From an uncultured archaeon (GTDB lineage Archaea > Iainarchaeota > Iainarchaeia > Iainarchaeales > 0-14-0-20-30-16): DNA of 6,923 bases. The notes under the pieces were generated by a model, which saw only the letters and a program-made list of their open reading frames with translations, ran no database searches and was not told the origin of the DNA. Below are positions 5,958 through 6,923 of the stretch, one piece after another. The stretch's first letter is position 1; each line of letters begins with the position of its first letter. Where the stretch lies: contig CAZMCX010000040.1 in the NCBI GenBank assembly GCA_964565125.1, forward strand, positions 1 through 6,923, given 5' to 3'. A program made the translations under genes and the position numbers.

Positions 5958-5978
5958 ATATTATATACATATTATATA
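5958..5978 (-). promoter_or_regulatory. Putative promoter of the L7Ae operon: two tandem TATA-like boxes
   Basis: The minus strand reads TATATAATAT-g-TATATAATAT, a perfect 10-bp direct repeat with 11-bp period (5969-5978 and 5958-5967). It lies 41-61 nt upstream of ATG 5917 in the only sizeable gap upstream of L7Ae. The spacing suits an archaeal TATA box about 26 nt from a TSS that would leave a short SD-containing leader. Confidence 0.5.
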
Positions 5979-5987
5979 GTAACCTTT

Positions 5988-5992
5988 AAAAA
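5988..5992 (-). terminator. Possible oligo-T termination signal after the TrmB-family gene
   Basis: A T5 run on the minus strand (gagattcTTTTTaaagg) lies ~33 nt after the TAA stop at 6025-6027. Archaeal termination commonly uses oligo-T tracts. It overlaps a TTTTTAAA TATA-like string, so the assignment is ambiguous. Confidence 0.25.
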
Positions 5993-6024
5993 GAATCTCT
6001 TCACAAGTAAAGGGCCCTAATCAA

Positions 6025-6747
6025 TTACTTTCCTTGAGACCAGCAATTATCAAAGTATGACTTCATCATATTTACTAAACCTTCGTTGTTCTCTACTATT
6101 GATACTTTATATTGCTGTTCACTATCAGTATTTAATCTAAAAATAGCTTTTTTTCCGTCTATTAAGTATGCTAAAATATTGTGATTGAATTCTTTGCCTT
6201 CCCCGCCTATTTCCCAGATATGCTTTTTATGCTCGGGGCGAGTAACAATTTTTACGCTTATATTCTTCTCTACTGCTTTTTTAAGTCTCTCTTTTAGCTC
6301 TTTTTCCCCTATCTCCGAGCCAGAAAATGCGCAGATGTTAAGGTTTGCATTAGCTAACTCTTCGTTTAACAACTTTAGGAAGTTCTTTTTGTCCATATTA
6401 ACCATTTTGTTTTGTAAAGGCATTTCATTTGTTTTAAACATTTCTTTCATTGTGCCCACAGTTACCTTAACATTGTTGAACTCTTTTTCTTTTGTCTCAA
6501 CAAGATTATCTAAAACTAGGTCTACATTTCTTATTCTATATTTCTTTGGCTTGTCTTCTATCAGGATAACGTAGTCTTTGTCCATTAATTCCTTCATTAC
6601 ATCATAAATTCTAGTCTTTGGTACACCCGCTATACTCTCTATCTCAGAAATAGTGCTTACTTTATTCTTCATTAAAGCATACAAAACCTTTGCCTGGTAT
6701 TCAGTTAATCCCAGATATTTGAGGTTATTTACATGCTCACCAAACAT
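6025..6747 (-). CDS. TrmB-family transcriptional regulator (N-terminal winged HTH plus uncharacterised C-terminal domain)
   Basis: The N-terminus LKYLGLTEYQAKVLYALMKNKVSTISEIESIAGVPKTRIYDVMKELMDKDYV...KPKKYR fits the TrmB wHTH pattern (LGLT.YEAKVY..L...G..TA.EI....GVPR.RVYDVL..L..KG.V). Ligand and target cannot be inferred from the sequence. Confidence 0.85.
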   Translation of the reverse strand: MFGEHVNNLKYLGLTEYQAKVLYALMKNKVSTISEIESIAGVPKTRIYDVMKELMDKDYVILIEDKPKKYRIRNVDLVLDNLVETKEKEFNNVKVTVGTMKEMFKTNEMPLQNKMVNMDKKNFLKLLNEELANANLNICAFSGSEIGEKELKERLKKAVEKNISVKIVTRPEHKKHIWEIGGEGKEFNHNILAYLIDGKKAIFRLNTDSEQQYKVSIVENNEGLVNMMKSYFDNCWSQGK

Positions 6748-6768
6748 AGTATCTCACACTCATAAACC

Positions 6769-6798
6769 TATATATATTAAAGCAGGATATATATAAAA
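6769..6798 (-). promoter_or_regulatory. Putative promoter of the TrmB-family gene: two TATA-like A/T blocks in a quasi-palindromic arrangement
   Basis: The minus strand reads ccTTTTATATATATcctgcTTTAATATATATAgg (distal block 6787-6798, proximal block 6769-6781). The proximal block is centred ~26-30 nt from ATG 6747, implying a leaderless or near-leaderless mRNA. The distal block would give a ~20-nt leader. Confidence 0.45.
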
Positions 6799-6820
6799 GG
6801 TTATGTTTTGAGTCACAAAG

Positions 6821-6923
6821 TTATGGGGCTTTTAAGAAAAGCCTACGTAAAACAAAACTTTCACTCTTGCAAAAGCTTTTGTTAGTAAGAAGTAACTTTT
6901 CATAGAAAAGTTCTTCAGACTCT
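6821..6923 (-). CDS. Possible 3' end of an unidentified gene entering from the right window edge
   Basis: One minus-strand frame is open from the window edge for 33 codons (..ESEELFYEKLLLTNKSFCKSESFVLRRLFLKAP*), with stop TAA at 6821-6823. The other frames are closed. This would leave a 73-nt promoter gap before the TrmB gene. The evidence is weak: the stretch is short, has no recognisable homology and contains three perfect palindromes. Confidence 0.35.
   Translation of the reverse strand, partial: ESEELFYEKLLLTNKSFCKSESFVLRRLFLKAP
6827..6843. repeat. Perfect hairpin-type inverted repeat GGCTTTT-aag-AAAAGCC
   Basis: Read directly from the sequence: 7-bp arms at 6827-6833 and 6837-6843 with a 3-nt loop. 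Confidence 0.9.
6870..6881. repeat. Perfect 12-bp palindrome CAAAAGCTTTTG
   Basis: Read directly from the sequence. It has the same AAAAG/CTTTT arms as the flanking hairpins but in the opposite order and with no spacer. Confidence 0.9.
6894..6912. repeat. Perfect hairpin-type inverted repeat AACTTTT-catag-AAAAGTT
   Basis: Read directly from the sequence: 7-bp arms at 6894-6900 and 6906-6912 with a 5-nt loop. Confidence 0.9.

Noticed and set aside
6011-6018. A GC-only palindrome, AGGGCCCT, in the AT-rich gap just after the TrmB-family stop codon.
   Set aside because: An 8-bp palindrome with no loop cannot form a hairpin. It appears as a single copy and is compatible with chance. It is not enough to call a site.
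57-6574. All + strand ORFs in the track: 57-269, 139-333, 400-612, 800-1012, 1127-1474, 1146-1403, 1667-1948, 1968-2168, 3647-3865, 4320-4616, 4956-5165, 5099-5467 and 6185-6574.
   Set aside because: Each lies fully antisense to a confidently identified, conserved minus-strand gene. Their products are low-complexity F/L/S/T-rich strings, as expected from the complement of K/E-rich coding sequence. None shows a recognisable motif or a start-proximal SD.
1-6923. CRISPR repeats, tRNA/rRNA genes, transposase or integrase remnants, and long direct or inverted repeats.
   Set aside because: Reading both strands by eye, I saw no periodic repeat-spacer structure, no cloverleaf-capable GC-rich segments and no mobile-element ORFs. 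The only repeats are the short promoter and palindrome elements reported above.

Overview
AT-rich, densely packed archaeal window with every supported gene on the minus strand. It holds the conserved archaeal informational-gene array. In transcription order (right to left) it reads: TrmB-family regulator | L7Ae - S28e - L24e - aIF5B - S6e - aIF2-gamma - PIN (Fcf1/Utp24-like) - Rpo7/RpoE' - Spt4/RpoE'' - S24e - first codons of a further gene at the left edge. A possible 3' end of another minus-strand gene sits at the right edge. L24e (55 aa) is absent from the supplied ORF track; I found it by hand translation. Three track ORFs (aIF5B, S28e, L7Ae) start at GTG codons that lie inside the Shine-Dalgarno (SD) sequence, and I moved them to the downstream ATG. 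All + strand track ORFs look like antisense shadows. I see no rRNA, tRNA, CRISPR array, mobile element or defence/accessory cassette, and no convincing novel system: this is a core housekeeping region. What deserves a second look is modest. It includes the stop-in-SD coupling architecture and a long K/A/P/E tail on S24e. The PIN gene starts 23 nt inside aIF2-gamma without an SD, and aIF5B has a TKAD G4 motif. There are duplicated TATA-like elements upstream of L7Ae and the TrmB gene, and three perfect palindromes sharing CTTTT/AAAAG arms at 6827-6912. Two ~100-nt spacers interrupt otherwise tight coupling. All three stop codons are used as stops, so the standard code applies. The compact, AT-rich, ndk-less array fits a small-genome archaeon (for example DPANN-like), but lineage cannot be established from this window.
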